From positions 468,621-532,620 of the forward strand of contig JAPKYS010000023.1 of assembly GCA_026394195.1 (NCBI GenBank): a stretch of DNA of 64,000 nucleotides, given 5' to 3'. A model generated the notes under the pieces. That model worked only from the letters and a program-made list of their open reading frames with translations, did not search any database and was not told the origin of the DNA. Every line of letters starts with the position of its first letter. Position 1 is the stretch's first letter. The DNA is from a bacterium. Lineage in GTDB: Bacteria; Electryoneota; B3-LCP. Positions 26,860 through 37,411 of the stretch are shown here, in pieces. The position numbers were made by a program, and so were the translations under genes.

Positions 26860-28259
26860 ACTTCCTCCTTGTCGCGCACGACCGCTGACATAATCGCTTC
26901 CGCGACGACGACGTCATTCACATAGGCTTTACCCTTCATACGGCAGATTCCGCGGCGGAAAAACTCAAGTTCAATCTTAAGAAATAATTGATCCCCAGGA
27001 ATCACGGGTTTGCGGAAGCGGACTTCATCCATACCTGTGAAAAAGACCAGCTTCGTCTCCGGATGTTCCAGGGAGTTCAATAACAACAATCCACCAGCTT
27101 GTCCGAGCGCTTCGATGATCAAGACTCCAGGCATGATGGGATATCCCGGGAAATGACCCTGAAAGAAGTGCTCGTTATAAGTGACGCATTTAACTCCGGT
27201 TACTCTTTCGCCCGGCGAAAGATCAATAATTTTATCCACCAGCAGGAAAGGATAGCGGTGCGGGAGTATGCGTGTAATGGCAGCGGCATCGAAGATAAAA
27301 TCTTTGGAACTCTTCCCCTGATAGGTTCGGATGATTTTGTTCTTCTCATATTCTTTTCGTATCATCCGTACCAGTTCGACGTGAGCAGCATGACCGGCTC
27401 GAGCAGCTAGGATGTGTCCTTTGATCGGGAAACCCAACAAGGCCAGATCTCCGATCAAATCGAGCAATTTATGGCGCACCGGCTCATTGTAGTAGCGCAG
27501 TTTTCTGCCGTCCAGAATTCCGTTGTCGCCGCGGATAACGTCTGTATTGAGATTGAACATCTTTTTCAACCGGTCAAATTCTGAATCATCTATTTCACGG
27601 TCCAGAATGACGACCGAATTTTCCAGATTGCCACCCTTGATCAATCCCTGTTCCTTCAATGACTCAACCTCAGATAGAAAGCAGAAGGTGCGCGATGAAG
27701 CGAATTCCGAAACAAATTCCTCCTGCAGATCATAGAGTGAGGTATATTGAGTCCCGAGCGCCGGATTGCGGTAATCGATCATATAGGTGATGCGAAAGGT
27801 CGGCGCGGGCACGACGACCAGATCGATCCCTTTCTCCTCATTGTGATAAATAATGGTTTTCTCGATTTCCAAATACTCTTTGGGCGCAGTCTGCTCCTCG
27901 ATACCAATTGTATTAATTGCCTCAACAAATGGCATCGCAGAACCGTCACCGACCGGCGGTTCACCTGCGGTAAGATCAATGAGGACATTGTCAATCTCAA
28001 GACCGCTAAGAGCCGCCATGACATGTTCCACCGTGTGGATCCTGATATCTTTAATGCCCAGAATCGTCCCCCGCGAAATATCTACGACGTGATCAATCGT
28101 CGCTGGAATGATGGGTGAGTTGGGGATATCCTGCCGTCGGAATCTGATTCCATGTCCTTCCGGCGCGGGATGAAAGGTCAATGAGCATGGTTCGCCGGTG
28201 TGCAAGCCAATCCCGGAATAGGATATCGAACCCTTGATCGTACGTTGCGTTTTAATCAT
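26856..28259 (-). CDS. lpxC-fabZ: Bifunctional UDP-3-O-acyl-GlcNAc deacetylase / 3-hydroxyacyl-ACP dehydratase (LpxC-FabZ fusion)
   Basis: N-terminal LpxC (SGIGLHTGE, HTVEHVMAAL) and C-terminal FabZ hotdog (HFPGYPIMPGVLIIEALGQ). Confidence 0.95.
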   Translation of the reverse strand: MIKTQRTIKGSISYSGIGLHTGEPCSLTFHPAPEGHGIRFRRQDIPNSPIIPATIDHVVDISRGTILGIKDIRIHTVEHVMAALSGLEIDNVLIDLTAGEPPVGDGSAMPFVEAINTIGIEEQTAPKEYLEIEKTIIYHNEEKGIDLVVVPAPTFRITYMIDYRNPALGTQYTSLYDLQEEFVSEFASSRTFCFLSEVESLKEQGLIKGGNLENSVVILDREIDDSEFDRLKKMFNLNTDVIRGDNGILDGRKLRYYNEPVRHKLLDLIGDLALLGFPIKGHILAARAGHAAHVELVRMIRKEYEKNKIIRTYQGKSSKDFIFDAAAITRILPHRYPFLLVDKIIDLSPGERVTGVKCVTYNEHFFQGHFPGYPIMPGVLIIEALGQAGGLLLLNSLEHPETKLVFFTGMDEVRFRKPVIPGDQLFLKIELEFFRRGICRMKGKAYVNDVVVAEAIMSAVVRDKEEV

Positions 28260-28269
28260 GCTGTTTGTC

Positions 28270-29301
28270 TTATTTTTTGGCTTTCAAATCTGCAATCTCT
28301 TTTTCCATCGAATTGATACGACGCAAAAGAGCGGGTAACTTGTTTAAGGATGCTTCAACGTACAATTGATCCCGGTGCAACCTGGCATGCCTGCCGGAAA
28401 TAAAAACTCCTTCAGGAAAGGATTTGGAAACTCCGGATTGAGCTCCGATTTTGACTTCATTCCCGATGTCGATGTGTCCCACAAACCCGACCTGACCGCC
28501 AATCATGCATCTCCTGCCGATTTTGGTTGATCCAGAAATACCCGTTTGGGCAGCAATGACTGTGTTGGCGCCGATGATGACGTTGTGGGCGACCTGGATC
28601 AGATTGTCCAGTTTAACTCCTCGCTCAATTTTCGTTGCCCCCAAGGTAGCCCGGTCAATGGTGCATCCGGCGCCGATTTCAACGTCATCTTCGATGATAA
28701 CCGTGCCTAACTGCGGAATCTTTTCATAGTCTCCCTGTTCCTTGGGAACGAACCCGAAACCATCCGAACCGATGACTGAATTGTCCTGAATGATGACGCG
28801 ACGTCCAATCTGCACCTTGTGGCGTATGGAGACACCAGCCCTGACAACCGAGTCATCGCCGATAATCACATGATGGCCCAGACAAGCATTCGGGTGTATG
28901 CTCACGTTCCTGCCCAGGGTGCAGCCATCGCCGATCACAACCTGAGCGGCAATGCGACATCCCTCACCGATGGTGGTTTCCTTACCAACAACCGCCGTTG
29001 GATGGACTCCGACGTCAAGCTGTCGTTCTGGCTTGAGGAACAGTTCCAGCAGCTTGGCGAAACAGAGATGCGGATCTGCCACACGAATGAGCGTGCGGCT
29101 TGCGGCGGGTTGTTTTTCTGAAATCAGAATGACTGAAGCTTTGGTCGATTCCAGATATTTTTCATACTTTGGGTTCGCCAGGAAAGTGACGTCACCCGTA
29201 CCGGCTTCCTCGATCTTGGCAATTCCTGTGACGATAGTTTCAGGATCGCCTTCCAGAGCGCCGCCCAATTTATCGGCGAGTTCTCTTGCTGTATAAGCCA
29301 T
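28270..29301 (-). CDS. lpxD: UDP-3-O-(3-hydroxyacyl)glucosamine N-acyltransferase
   Basis: LpxD N-terminal domain plus hexapeptide beta-helix. Confidence 0.95.
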   Translation of the reverse strand: MAYTARELADKLGGALEGDPETIVTGIAKIEEAGTGDVTFLANPKYEKYLESTKASVILISEKQPAASRTLIRVADPHLCFAKLLELFLKPERQLDVGVHPTAVVGKETTIGEGCRIAAQVVIGDGCTLGRNVSIHPNACLGHHVIIGDDSVVRAGVSIRHKVQIGRRVIIQDNSVIGSDGFGFVPKEQGDYEKIPQLGTVIIEDDVEIGAGCTIDRATLGATKIERGVKLDNLIQVAHNVIIGANTVIAAQTGISGSTKIGRRCMIGGQVGFVGHIDIGNEVKIGAQSGVSKSFPEGVFISGRHARLHRDQLYVEASLNKLPALLRRINSMEKEIADLKAKK

Positions 29302-29310
29302 GAGATTTCG

Positions 29311-29826
29311 CTACTTGTTTAACTCATCAAGGAGCAGTTGCGTCATGTCGTAATCGTCTTTGGCATAGACGATGTTGCCCACCGCAGCATCCCAGATGAC
29401 GTCATACCCACCGTCTTTGCCCAATTTTTGGATTAATGTATTCACCTTATCCAGAATCGGCTGGGTTAATACTTTATTGCGCTGATAAAGTTTTCCCTGC
29501 TCACCCCAGACGTCCGCCTGGAATTTCTGATAATTCAGGTATTTTTCTTGAATTTTCTGCATCTTCTCTGATTTCTTTTCTTCGGAAAGCAGCAGGCTCT
29601 GGTTTTGGAGTTCATCCTCCATTTTGGAGATCTCATCTTCCATTTTCTTGGCTTCGTCCAACCACTTCTTCTGCTCATCATCGAGAGTCCGCTGAGCTTC
29701 GATGGACTCCTGGAATTCCGCCATGATGCGCTGAGAGTGAATGTAACCGATCTTCAACTCTTTGGCGAAAACCGGAGCCGCAATGACTAAACCGCCCAAA
29801 AGGAGCGTCAACAGTCTGGTACGCAT
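29311..29826 (-). CDS. skp: Periplasmic chaperone Skp/OmpH
   Basis: Signal peptide, coiled-coil-rich 171 aa, positioned between bamA and lpxD. Confidence 0.85.
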   Translation of the reverse strand: MRTRLLTLLLGGLVIAAPVFAKELKIGYIHSQRIMAEFQESIEAQRTLDDEQKKWLDEAKKMEDEISKMEDELQNQSLLLSEEKKSEKMQKIQEKYLNYQKFQADVWGEQGKLYQRNKVLTQPILDKVNTLIQKLGKDGGYDVIWDAAVGNIVYAKDDYDMTQLLLDELNK

Positions 29827-29884
29827 TGATTCCTCGCTTTATCTTGTATTTGATTTTTCAGCAGTCGTTCTGACTGGTTTCTGA

Positions 29885-32275
29885 TCAGAAACCGCGCCCG
29901 AACTGAAAGTGCGGCATCCATTCCCCATGGCGCTGACCGGTCGTCGGATTGAAATAATCCAATCCATAACCATAATCCAGACCGATCAAACCGATCATGG
30001 GCATGTACAACCTGACGCCCAGCCCGACAGAACGGTTCAGATCGTAGATATCTGTATCTTCGAAGTTATACCAAGTATTGCCTGCCTCGGCAAAGCCGAG
30101 CAGATAAATGGTGGGACTGGGCACCACCGGAACACGCAGTTCAATCGACTGCTTGAACATAGTCTTCCCACCCAGGGCATACGATCCACTCTGTGGTCCA
30201 ACGGTGCGTTCGTCATACCCGCGCAGCGGCACGCCCAGCGACAATCCGGATCCACCCATGAAGAACATTTCAATATACGGCACTGCCAATGCTGAATTGG
30301 ACAGGGGTCCAATCAGCCCCATTTCGGTATCCGTATAGAGCACTAACTTTCCCAGAATTGGCAGATACCACTGTGAGCTGAAGATGTGTTTATGGTATTG
30401 GTCATCTCCTTGAAAAGGACCTCCAGTAATCTCGAGGGAGTATTGATTCACTGATCCAGTGGTCGGAAATTCGGGGTTATCTCTCGAATCGCGTGCAACG
30501 ATGGTGGTCACACCGGAAGAGAGCCGAGGGACACCCTCCAGCAATCCCTGCGGATTTGAAGCGGCGAATGAAGTGCTGAAATTCGAATACACGGCTCGTT
30601 CGAGGCGATAGATCCAGTCAACCCGGAAATAGTCGTCGGGCCAGCGGAGACGCCTTCCGACCCGAAGTGACCCACCGAAAATTCTTTCATCAAATCCGTA
30701 GTAGCTTCCGCCCCTGCGGGTGGCGAAGAAACTGACGCCCAACAAGGTCGGAGTATCCCTGAACCAGGGGTCGGTGAAATTAAGTGAAAACGTCCGGTAG
30801 ATGCTTCCAAATTGCCAATCCAGGCTGAATCGCTTACCCGTACCGAACAGGTTGGGCATGCTGAACCCCAGCGAACCAATTAAACCATCCCGTTCGGAAT
30901 AACCGGCTGAGGTCTGCACCTGGTCGGTCGATTTCTCTTCAACAGCCACGAAGAGATCAACCTCACGGTCGTTCACCGGCTGCACGTCCGGAATGATATT
31001 CTGGAAGTAGTTCAATATGGTTACTTCACGAGCAGAACGACGCAGTTTCGAGACGTCGAAGGTGTCACCCGGGTTCAGAACGAATTCTCTGCGGATTACG
31101 TTTTCACGCGTTTTGGTATTGCCTTCGATGTTGATGCGACGAACCTTAAATTCGTTCCCTTCAAAGACTCTGAAGTGAATGTTAATGGTGTCCTGGTTGA
31201 CTGGAACCTCCACCGGAGATACATTGGCGTAGATGTAACCGCGATCGTAGTAGAGATTGGTCAGTCTCTCCTTGACGCTACGATCCAGTTTATCCTTGTT
31301 ATAGATCTCACCGGTGTTGATTAAGAGCTGTTTCTTGAGTTCGGAATCTTTGTAGAGAGTGTTTCCGGAAAAACTGATTTCGCCGAAGTAATAGAGCACG
31401 CCAGAGTCAATCCAGACTCCAATGTTGATATGGCGTTTGTCTGCACTATAGGTGATGGAATCTGCGGCGATGGTGGCATCACGATAGCCGTGATTCTTGT
31501 AGTATTCCGCCAAATTTTTTAAATCGTCCTTGTACTCCGTTTCTTTGAATTCGCCTGAACGAAAGATCGGCGCTTTCTCTTTGGTTTTCTTCATTTGACC
31601 GCGCAGCTTCCCATCGGCGAAAGGATCATCCGGTACGATCCACTCGACAGAACTATTCAGCCAGGAAAGCGGGAAGAAAAATGGTTTCTTCTTGTGAGCT
31701 TCGTTGCCATAGAAGGTAATGTCCTTGATCTTTACTTTCTTTCCCTCATGAATGCCAATGCGCAGGACGACTTTGCCGCTGTCTGTGCTGGTGAAAGTTT
31801 CGGTGTTAACCTCCGCCAGTAAATACCCCTTTTCAGCGTACATGTCCTTCAATTTGTTCTTGGCGCTGATGACCTGATCCGGTCGTAAAATCTGCCCGGG
31901 CAAGAAATCTACAGCCGTCTCAATCTCATCCTTCTTCAACTTCTTGTTACCGGAAACCTCAATTTTATCGAGGCGGGGATACTCGGCAACGATAATTTTA
32001 AAGAAGGCTCCATCCGGTACTTCTTTTTCCAGAATAACCTGAACGTCGGAAAATAATCCCAATTTCCAGATCTGCTTGATGGCGAGCTGAATGTCGTCAC
32101 CGGTAATTTCTGAACCGACAATCAAGCCGGAGTTGGCGCGAATCAGTCCTTCATCGGCGGTCTTGTTGCCTTCGACCGAAAGTCCTAAGAGCCGCAGTTT
32201 TTGCACTTGTGCAAAAACCAGGGAATTCAGACTGAAAATTGCCAGTATTATAACGATTATTCTTTGAGATTTCAT
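29885..32275 (-). CDS. bamA: Outer membrane protein assembly factor BamA
   Basis: POTRA repeats and a C-terminal Omp85 barrel (…HFQFGRGF terminus). 796 aa. Confidence 0.95.
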   Translation of the reverse strand: MKSQRIIVIILAIFSLNSLVFAQVQKLRLLGLSVEGNKTADEGLIRANSGLIVGSEITGDDIQLAIKQIWKLGLFSDVQVILEKEVPDGAFFKIIVAEYPRLDKIEVSGNKKLKKDEIETAVDFLPGQILRPDQVISAKNKLKDMYAEKGYLLAEVNTETFTSTDSGKVVLRIGIHEGKKVKIKDITFYGNEAHKKKPFFFPLSWLNSSVEWIVPDDPFADGKLRGQMKKTKEKAPIFRSGEFKETEYKDDLKNLAEYYKNHGYRDATIAADSITYSADKRHINIGVWIDSGVLYYFGEISFSGNTLYKDSELKKQLLINTGEIYNKDKLDRSVKERLTNLYYDRGYIYANVSPVEVPVNQDTINIHFRVFEGNEFKVRRINIEGNTKTRENVIRREFVLNPGDTFDVSKLRRSAREVTILNYFQNIIPDVQPVNDREVDLFVAVEEKSTDQVQTSAGYSERDGLIGSLGFSMPNLFGTGKRFSLDWQFGSIYRTFSLNFTDPWFRDTPTLLGVSFFATRRGGSYYGFDERIFGGSLRVGRRLRWPDDYFRVDWIYRLERAVYSNFSTSFAASNPQGLLEGVPRLSSGVTTIVARDSRDNPEFPTTGSVNQYSLEITGGPFQGDDQYHKHIFSSQWYLPILGKLVLYTDTEMGLIGPLSNSALAVPYIEMFFMGGSGLSLGVPLRGYDERTVGPQSGSYALGGKTMFKQSIELRVPVVPSPTIYLLGFAEAGNTWYNFEDTDIYDLNRSVGLGVRLYMPMIGLIGLDYGYGLDYFNPTTGQRHGEWMPHFQFGRGF

Positions 32276-32380
32276 AGTTTAAGCGCTGCCCCGCGGAGTA
32301 TCATAGCAAATTAAGAAAATTTAGGTCATGATTAAAGCAAAAAATGGTCAATTCCTCTTGCTACAGGGATGCCTGTCCGC

Positions 32381-35300
32381 TTAAAACAGGATCGAGTAAC
32401 GCAAAGTCGCCTGCTTATCTTCTATTTTCTCGAGGCTATCATACTGGTAGCTCAGGTTTATTACCAAGCGTTTGGAAATCGGTCTAATGCGATATTCGAT
32501 GCTCCAGCGATGCAGAAAGCCAAAATGGCGTTCGCTGGCAGCATTGAGACCGGTTTCCCAAGTGCCTGTATAGACCAGGAAGACGTCATCACTTAAGTAT
32601 TTGCCCACTGAAAGCTGCGATTGGCGTAGAAAATAGGCGCCCCAATCGACCTGACTTTCAGGGCCAGGATCCGTCCCAAGAATCTGGTTTTCAAAGAGGT
32701 GTTGCGCAATGGTCGGCTGAAGACTGACCAGATCGAGCTTAAGAAATGTCTCCAATTCCCGTTCAATTGGTCGGATCCAGCGGCGCAGCATGGCGTTGGA
32801 AACGATCTGTCCGCTGATTGAAGTCACTTTACTGGTGATCTGACTGGGAGAATAACCTAACATCGCCAAAATCTGCTCTTGTGAAGATCCGGCGTCATCT
32901 TCTATCACCAGGATAAAATCTCCCCAGCGCCCCCGTAACACTTTCTCTTTAGTTACTGGATCAACAACGTACAAAGTAATGTAAATGTTCCTTGTTTGAC
33001 CCAGCGAATCGCGGTAGACCGTCTCACCACGACCCTCAACCCAGGGCAGAAGATCGTGCTCGTCAAACTCCACAGTGACCTGATCCACTTTAAATTTAAA
33101 ATCAAGGTAATCGATGCTGCCTCTGGTCGAGACCAAATTCCCGAGAAAACGAAAAGTACCTTGATCAGCACACCCCAGAATACTGAGTGAACTCTCGCCG
33201 GCATTGATGGTCAGATTTACGTCCACCGGAGTCAATAATCCGGACATTTCTGCCAGGAGTGGCGTCCCCTCCAATCCACCGATTTCACGCATAAAACGAT
33301 TATCTCTCTCAGCCTGGACCGTAACGTCCCATCGACCTGCATTTAGAACCCTTAGGACGCCGGCAGCAAATTTGGAGATAGGTCCTTTGGAGGGGATGAA
33401 GGGAAATGTGAGAGTTGTGCCTGAGGCGCTGATGATTCCACGAAACAGAGGGCTGCTGGTGGGGCCCGATACTGAAAATTTCTCACCGGCAGATTTGCCT
33501 TGAAATTTAAAATAACCCTTTGAACCGGTGACCATCAACGATGGAATCTTGGCAAAAATTCCACGTCCTTCCGTACTCATGGTCACCACACCGATATCGA
33601 CGTCCACTGAAGGAAAATACAGGTGCTGAAAGGTGGTGGAATCAACCACGTCGGGGAAATAATTGCTGATATTGAATTTTTGACGGTCAATTGACCCGCT
33701 GAGTTCATCGATGACGACCTTGTGACCTTCAAGATGCATCTGTGCCTGAATGTCTTGGATCTCATCAACCACGTCCTTAAAGCGCATCATCCCATCGCGC
33801 AGTGAAAGGGTGGCGTCGCTGACATGGACGGAACCGTCGACCTGATCGAGAACAAAGTTAAATTTCCCCTGTCCTGTCGAGACTGGAATGGCTCCCGGCT
33901 CGATCAAGTTGGGAATTTTCAAAATATTTCCTTCGATTGCAAAAGATAGATGCAGCGGAGTTTTCCGGAAGGGAAGCTGTCCCTGCCCTTTGATAGCCAG
34001 ATCTGAAGATTGAATCAGACTGAATTCAGTCAATTTGGGAATATATGCAGTGGAGGCGTCCATGCGGATAGAGGCGATAAAGCTCTGGAAAGGCATATGA
34101 TACAGCGTCCCTGAAGGGATTTGAGCTGTAAGGCTCATTTCCGGCTGTGCGATAGAACCCTTCAGTTGCGCAGACAATTGGAGCGCGCCTGATAGACACA
34201 CCGGGTTGATTCCAAATAGTTTTAAAATGTCTGATGAGTTGGCATACTGCGATCCCAGATTGAAGTCTAAGCTGCTTCCATTGATTTTACCCGAACCCAT
34301 GATTTTAAAGAGGTTCAATACGTCTTTGCCGATATTGCATTCCGTCAAATTAAAAGCCTGATCCTTTAATTCGGCAGAGATAACCGCCCAAAAACCACTC
34401 TGTTGCATAAAATATCCACGGGAAGCATACAAGTTAACTGATGCCATGGGATTTTTTATATCGCCATAGATTTCGAACCTGCCATCCAGTTGTCCCCCGA
34501 CCTTGCCGCTCCAAGTCGGAGCAATAATCCCGACCAACTTGCTGACGTCCCAATTAGTGACGGCAATTTCTGATAAGGCAATCTCGTTTTTACTGAAATC
34601 GACTGATCCATGTGCAGTGATAGCGTCATCGAAACTGAAATCATTTAGAGTAAGAATGTGGTTGAGCAAATTGGCGTCAATGCGACCACCCATTACGGCG
34701 CCGGTATCCTGTTGGAATGAGAACGCATTTGCAATGATCAGTCCCCGGGTTGAATCGGTTACCAGTGAGCCATCGAATTTGAATTTCGACGATGTTGCCC
34801 GATTAACCGCCTCCAATTTGTATGTTGCGTGCTCCAAAGTTCCTTTTGCCACTCCGGAGAATCTGATCGCCCTTAAGTCTTCCCAACCATACCACCGATA
34901 AAATTGCTCCAGAATCGGAATCGGTGCGTTGAAAGCGAAATCGTAATTTGGCTTTTTAGGAAAATCCGAAATGTTCAGCCACACCAGTGACGTGTCTCCC
35001 GGTAAACTGATCTCTGCCGACAGTGCTGTACTGTCCGGGAGATAAGACACATTGATTGCAACCGGTACAGACGTGGAATCCGAAGATTGCCAAACACCTC
35101 CCAATCGGTACTCGTGTGATCCACCACTTACCTGGGCACTCAAATGTCCGGGGATTGAGTTATCCAGACCAGGGATCGCTCCATCCCATTCGGCGGAAAT
35201 TGTATAGCGTGGACCCGTGCTGTCCGCCCAGAAATCACCGGAACATTTCAAATTACCTTTTGCAGGGAGCACCATATTCACAAAGTTAGGAAGTTCTCCC

Positions 35301-36595
35301 ACCCAATCGACTTTCAACGCGTATTTCGATTTCGTGCTGTCAGCCCAGACGTCTCCGGTGCATTTTAGACTACCTTCCGGTGTAATTGCCGACAAATCTT
35401 TAAGTTGAAAATGACGATCGGAATATAAACCCCCGAAGGTGATCGATGAAAAAATCCCCAGATCGGTTTGAAAATGGTCGAGACTACCCGCAACCTCTAT
35501 ACGAGGCGATTGGGCATCACCGGTCACTCTACCATCCAAACCAAAATTGCCTTGGGGCAGGACTGCCGTCGAATCAAGGAAAAGTGAGGTGATCTTCTGG
35601 GAGTCTGTAGAGTGACCGCTGATGGTAAAATCCAATAGTGGAGTTCTGAGGTCAGGTATTTGGCCGGAAAAATTCCAATTGACAGATAGCCCCTCAGCCT
35701 TGGTCGGCGGTATTGTCAGTTTCCAATTGTCAACAAATAATGACAAGGTATCGCATCGAAATAGATCAACTTTAGAATTGTCCAGACTTAAATCTAAAAA
35801 TTGAATGACACCTTCAAGTCCGTTTTGGCTTCCTTTGCTCCAGAGACGTAAGTCAAGGTTCATGCTGTCAAGATTGACGCTCATGGAGTTTTGAATCCCG
35901 AACTCTTCCCAGGGAATGGTAACGTCGCCGATCCGGGTCTGCAGAGTCACTTCAAGGGTTTGGGTTTGCGCATCCAGTGACAACAAAATGACTCCGGCAG
36001 GGATGCCGGCTGATGCGGGGCCGCTCTGCAATTTACCCGCTAGTGTCTTTGGATGATCTGAATGCAATTGCCCTTTAAGGTTTCTCAGTGACCACCAGGG
36101 TTTACCTTGCGGGGTATCAAAGCGAATAACACCTGCATCGAGGTTCAACTTATGCAGCCAGAGCTCATCGGGTAATTTATTGATAGCTTCCCAACCCAGG
36201 GCGGTCGTGGTATCACTTTTTGCAGACAGGGAATCAGTTGCAGATAAAATCAGGGTGGCTTCGGGATGATGCAGCGAGACAGAGCTTATGGATTTGAGGA
36301 TGTTTAATCGTGAGGAAAGCAGTGTCACGAGGTTGAAGTCGATGGTGGCTGCTTCGATTTTAACAGTAAAAGTCTGGTTTTCGTCCTGATACTGGAAACC
36401 ATAAAGGTGCAGAGCTAAAAATCCGAGACTGGCTCCTTTTAACTCGATACGCCCCTTGATGGATTTTTCAAGTTCGTCCGCGACCAGTTGACGAATATTC
36501 TTATTGACGTTGAGGAATGGCCATGCCAGCACTCCGATCAGGAGCAAGACAAGGAGAGTTAGAAGTAAACTGAGCAGAATCGAGCGCAATGTCAT
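32381..36595 (-). CDS. tamB: Translocation and assembly module protein TamB-like (AsmA-family, C-terminal DUF490)
   Basis: N-terminal single TM anchor, 1404 aa beta-rich body, C-terminal DUF490-like region. Adjacent to bamA. Confidence 0.8.
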   Translation of the reverse strand: MTLRSILLSLLLTLLVLLLIGVLAWPFLNVNKNIRQLVADELEKSIKGRIELKGASLGFLALHLYGFQYQDENQTFTVKIEAATIDFNLVTLLSSRLNILKSISSVSLHHPEATLILSATDSLSAKSDTTTALGWEAINKLPDELWLHKLNLDAGVIRFDTPQGKPWWSLRNLKGQLHSDHPKTLAGKLQSGPASAGIPAGVILLSLDAQTQTLEVTLQTRIGDVTIPWEEFGIQNSMSVNLDSMNLDLRLWSKGSQNGLEGVIQFLDLSLDNSKVDLFRCDTLSLFVDNWKLTIPPTKAEGLSVNWNFSGQIPDLRTPLLDFTISGHSTDSQKITSLFLDSTAVLPQGNFGLDGRVTGDAQSPRIEVAGSLDHFQTDLGIFSSITFGGLYSDRHFQLKDLSAITPEGSLKCTGDVWADSTKSKYALKVDWVGELPNFVNMVLPAKGNLKCSGDFWADSTGPRYTISAEWDGAIPGLDNSIPGHLSAQVSGGSHEYRLGGVWQSSDSTSVPVAINVSYLPDSTALSAEISLPGDTSLVWLNISDFPKKPNYDFAFNAPIPILEQFYRWYGWEDLRAIRFSGVAKGTLEHATYKLEAVNRATSSKFKFDGSLVTDSTRGLIIANAFSFQQDTGAVMGGRIDANLLNHILTLNDFSFDDAITAHGSVDFSKNEIALSEIAVTNWDVSKLVGIIAPTWSGKVGGQLDGRFEIYGDIKNPMASVNLYASRGYFMQQSGFWAVISAELKDQAFNLTECNIGKDVLNLFKIMGSGKINGSSLDFNLGSQYANSSDILKLFGINPVCLSGALQLSAQLKGSIAQPEMSLTAQIPSGTLYHMPFQSFIASIRMDASTAYIPKLTEFSLIQSSDLAIKGQGQLPFRKTPLHLSFAIEGNILKIPNLIEPGAIPVSTGQGKFNFVLDQVDGSVHVSDATLSLRDGMMRFKDVVDEIQDIQAQMHLEGHKVVIDELSGSIDRQKFNISNYFPDVVDSTTFQHLYFPSVDVDIGVVTMSTEGRGIFAKIPSLMVTGSKGYFKFQGKSAGEKFSVSGPTSSPLFRGIISASGTTLTFPFIPSKGPISKFAAGVLRVLNAGRWDVTVQAERDNRFMREIGGLEGTPLLAEMSGLLTPVDVNLTINAGESSLSILGCADQGTFRFLGNLVSTRGSIDYLDFKFKVDQVTVEFDEHDLLPWVEGRGETVYRDSLGQTRNIYITLYVVDPVTKEKVLRGRWGDFILVIEDDAGSSQEQILAMLGYSPSQITSKVTSISGQIVSNAMLRRWIRPIERELETFLKLDLVSLQPTIAQHLFENQILGTDPGPESQVDWGAYFLRQSQLSVGKYLSDDVFLVYTGTWETGLNAASERHFGFLHRWSIEYRIRPISKRLVINLSYQYDSLEKIEDKQATLRYSILF

Positions 36596-37293
36596 CGAGC
36601 GAAAATTCCGTGAGGATCAATGTCCTTGCATAAATTCGCATAAATCCACTGAACTGGGTTTGGATCACTATTTTGCGCGGTCTTTAGGTTCGGTATATCA
36701 GTAAGCGGCAGCATTTTTTCGATATTCAACGTCAGTCGGGTTACAACGCCAAATCTGCCTGCTGATCCAATTATAAATGACCAATAGTCAAATCCTGCAA
36801 CGTTTTTTATCGCAGAACTACCGAACCTTAGCGCTCTCCCTTCAGAGTCGATCAGCTCCAGCCCTAAGAGTCGGCGACGTATCTCCGCATGACGTAAACC
36901 GCCATGGTCGGGTCCTAATACTGCGCCGGCAATCGTTCCAGGGTAATCCGCCAATACTGCGGGGAAATCAAGGTCTGAACCTGCCATTTGCTGCGCCAGA
37001 TTGGTGGTCAGTAATCCCGCTTCGACAACGACAATGGCATCCATGGGTCTGATTTCGAGTAATTGATTCATCCCCACCATCAGTAAAAATATCATATCGT
37101 CGGGTGGTTGATAGTTTGCGGCAAAGCTCGAACCCGTTCCGGTCGAGCAAATTCGTTTTCTTTTCTCCGCGGCAACTTGGATTAGATTTGAGATCGCCGC
37201 TTCATCTTGTGGAACCGCAACCATTCTGGGGAGCAACCGCTCGACTAATTGGCATCCGGAAAGACGAATCGCTTCACACAGCACTGTATCCAT
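36592..37293 (-). CDS. FAD-binding (PCMH-type) oxidoreductase domain protein, GlcE-like
   Basis: FAD_binding_4-like motifs (STGTGSS, GLELIDSEGRALRFG). Short (233 aa), so the substrate domain may be missing. Confidence 0.5.
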   Translation of the reverse strand: MDTVLCEAIRLSGCQLVERLLPRMVAVPQDEAAISNLIQVAAEKRKRICSTGTGSSFAANYQPPDDMIFLLMVGMNQLLEIRPMDAIVVVEAGLLTTNLAQQMAGSDLDFPAVLADYPGTIAGAVLGPDHGGLRHAEIRRRLLGLELIDSEGRALRFGSSAIKNVAGFDYWSFIIGSAGRFGVVTRLTLNIEKMLPLTDIPNLKTAQNSDPNPVQWIYANLCKDIDPHGIFAR

Positions 37294-37411
37294 TCTTTAC
37301 TCATTTCATCAATTGCGACTATTGCAAATTACACCCTGATTCCATCGTAATGTTCCACCGAAACGCAAAGACCAACCGGGTGGTTGGCCTCTGCATTTTC
37401 TTGGCAGCCGA

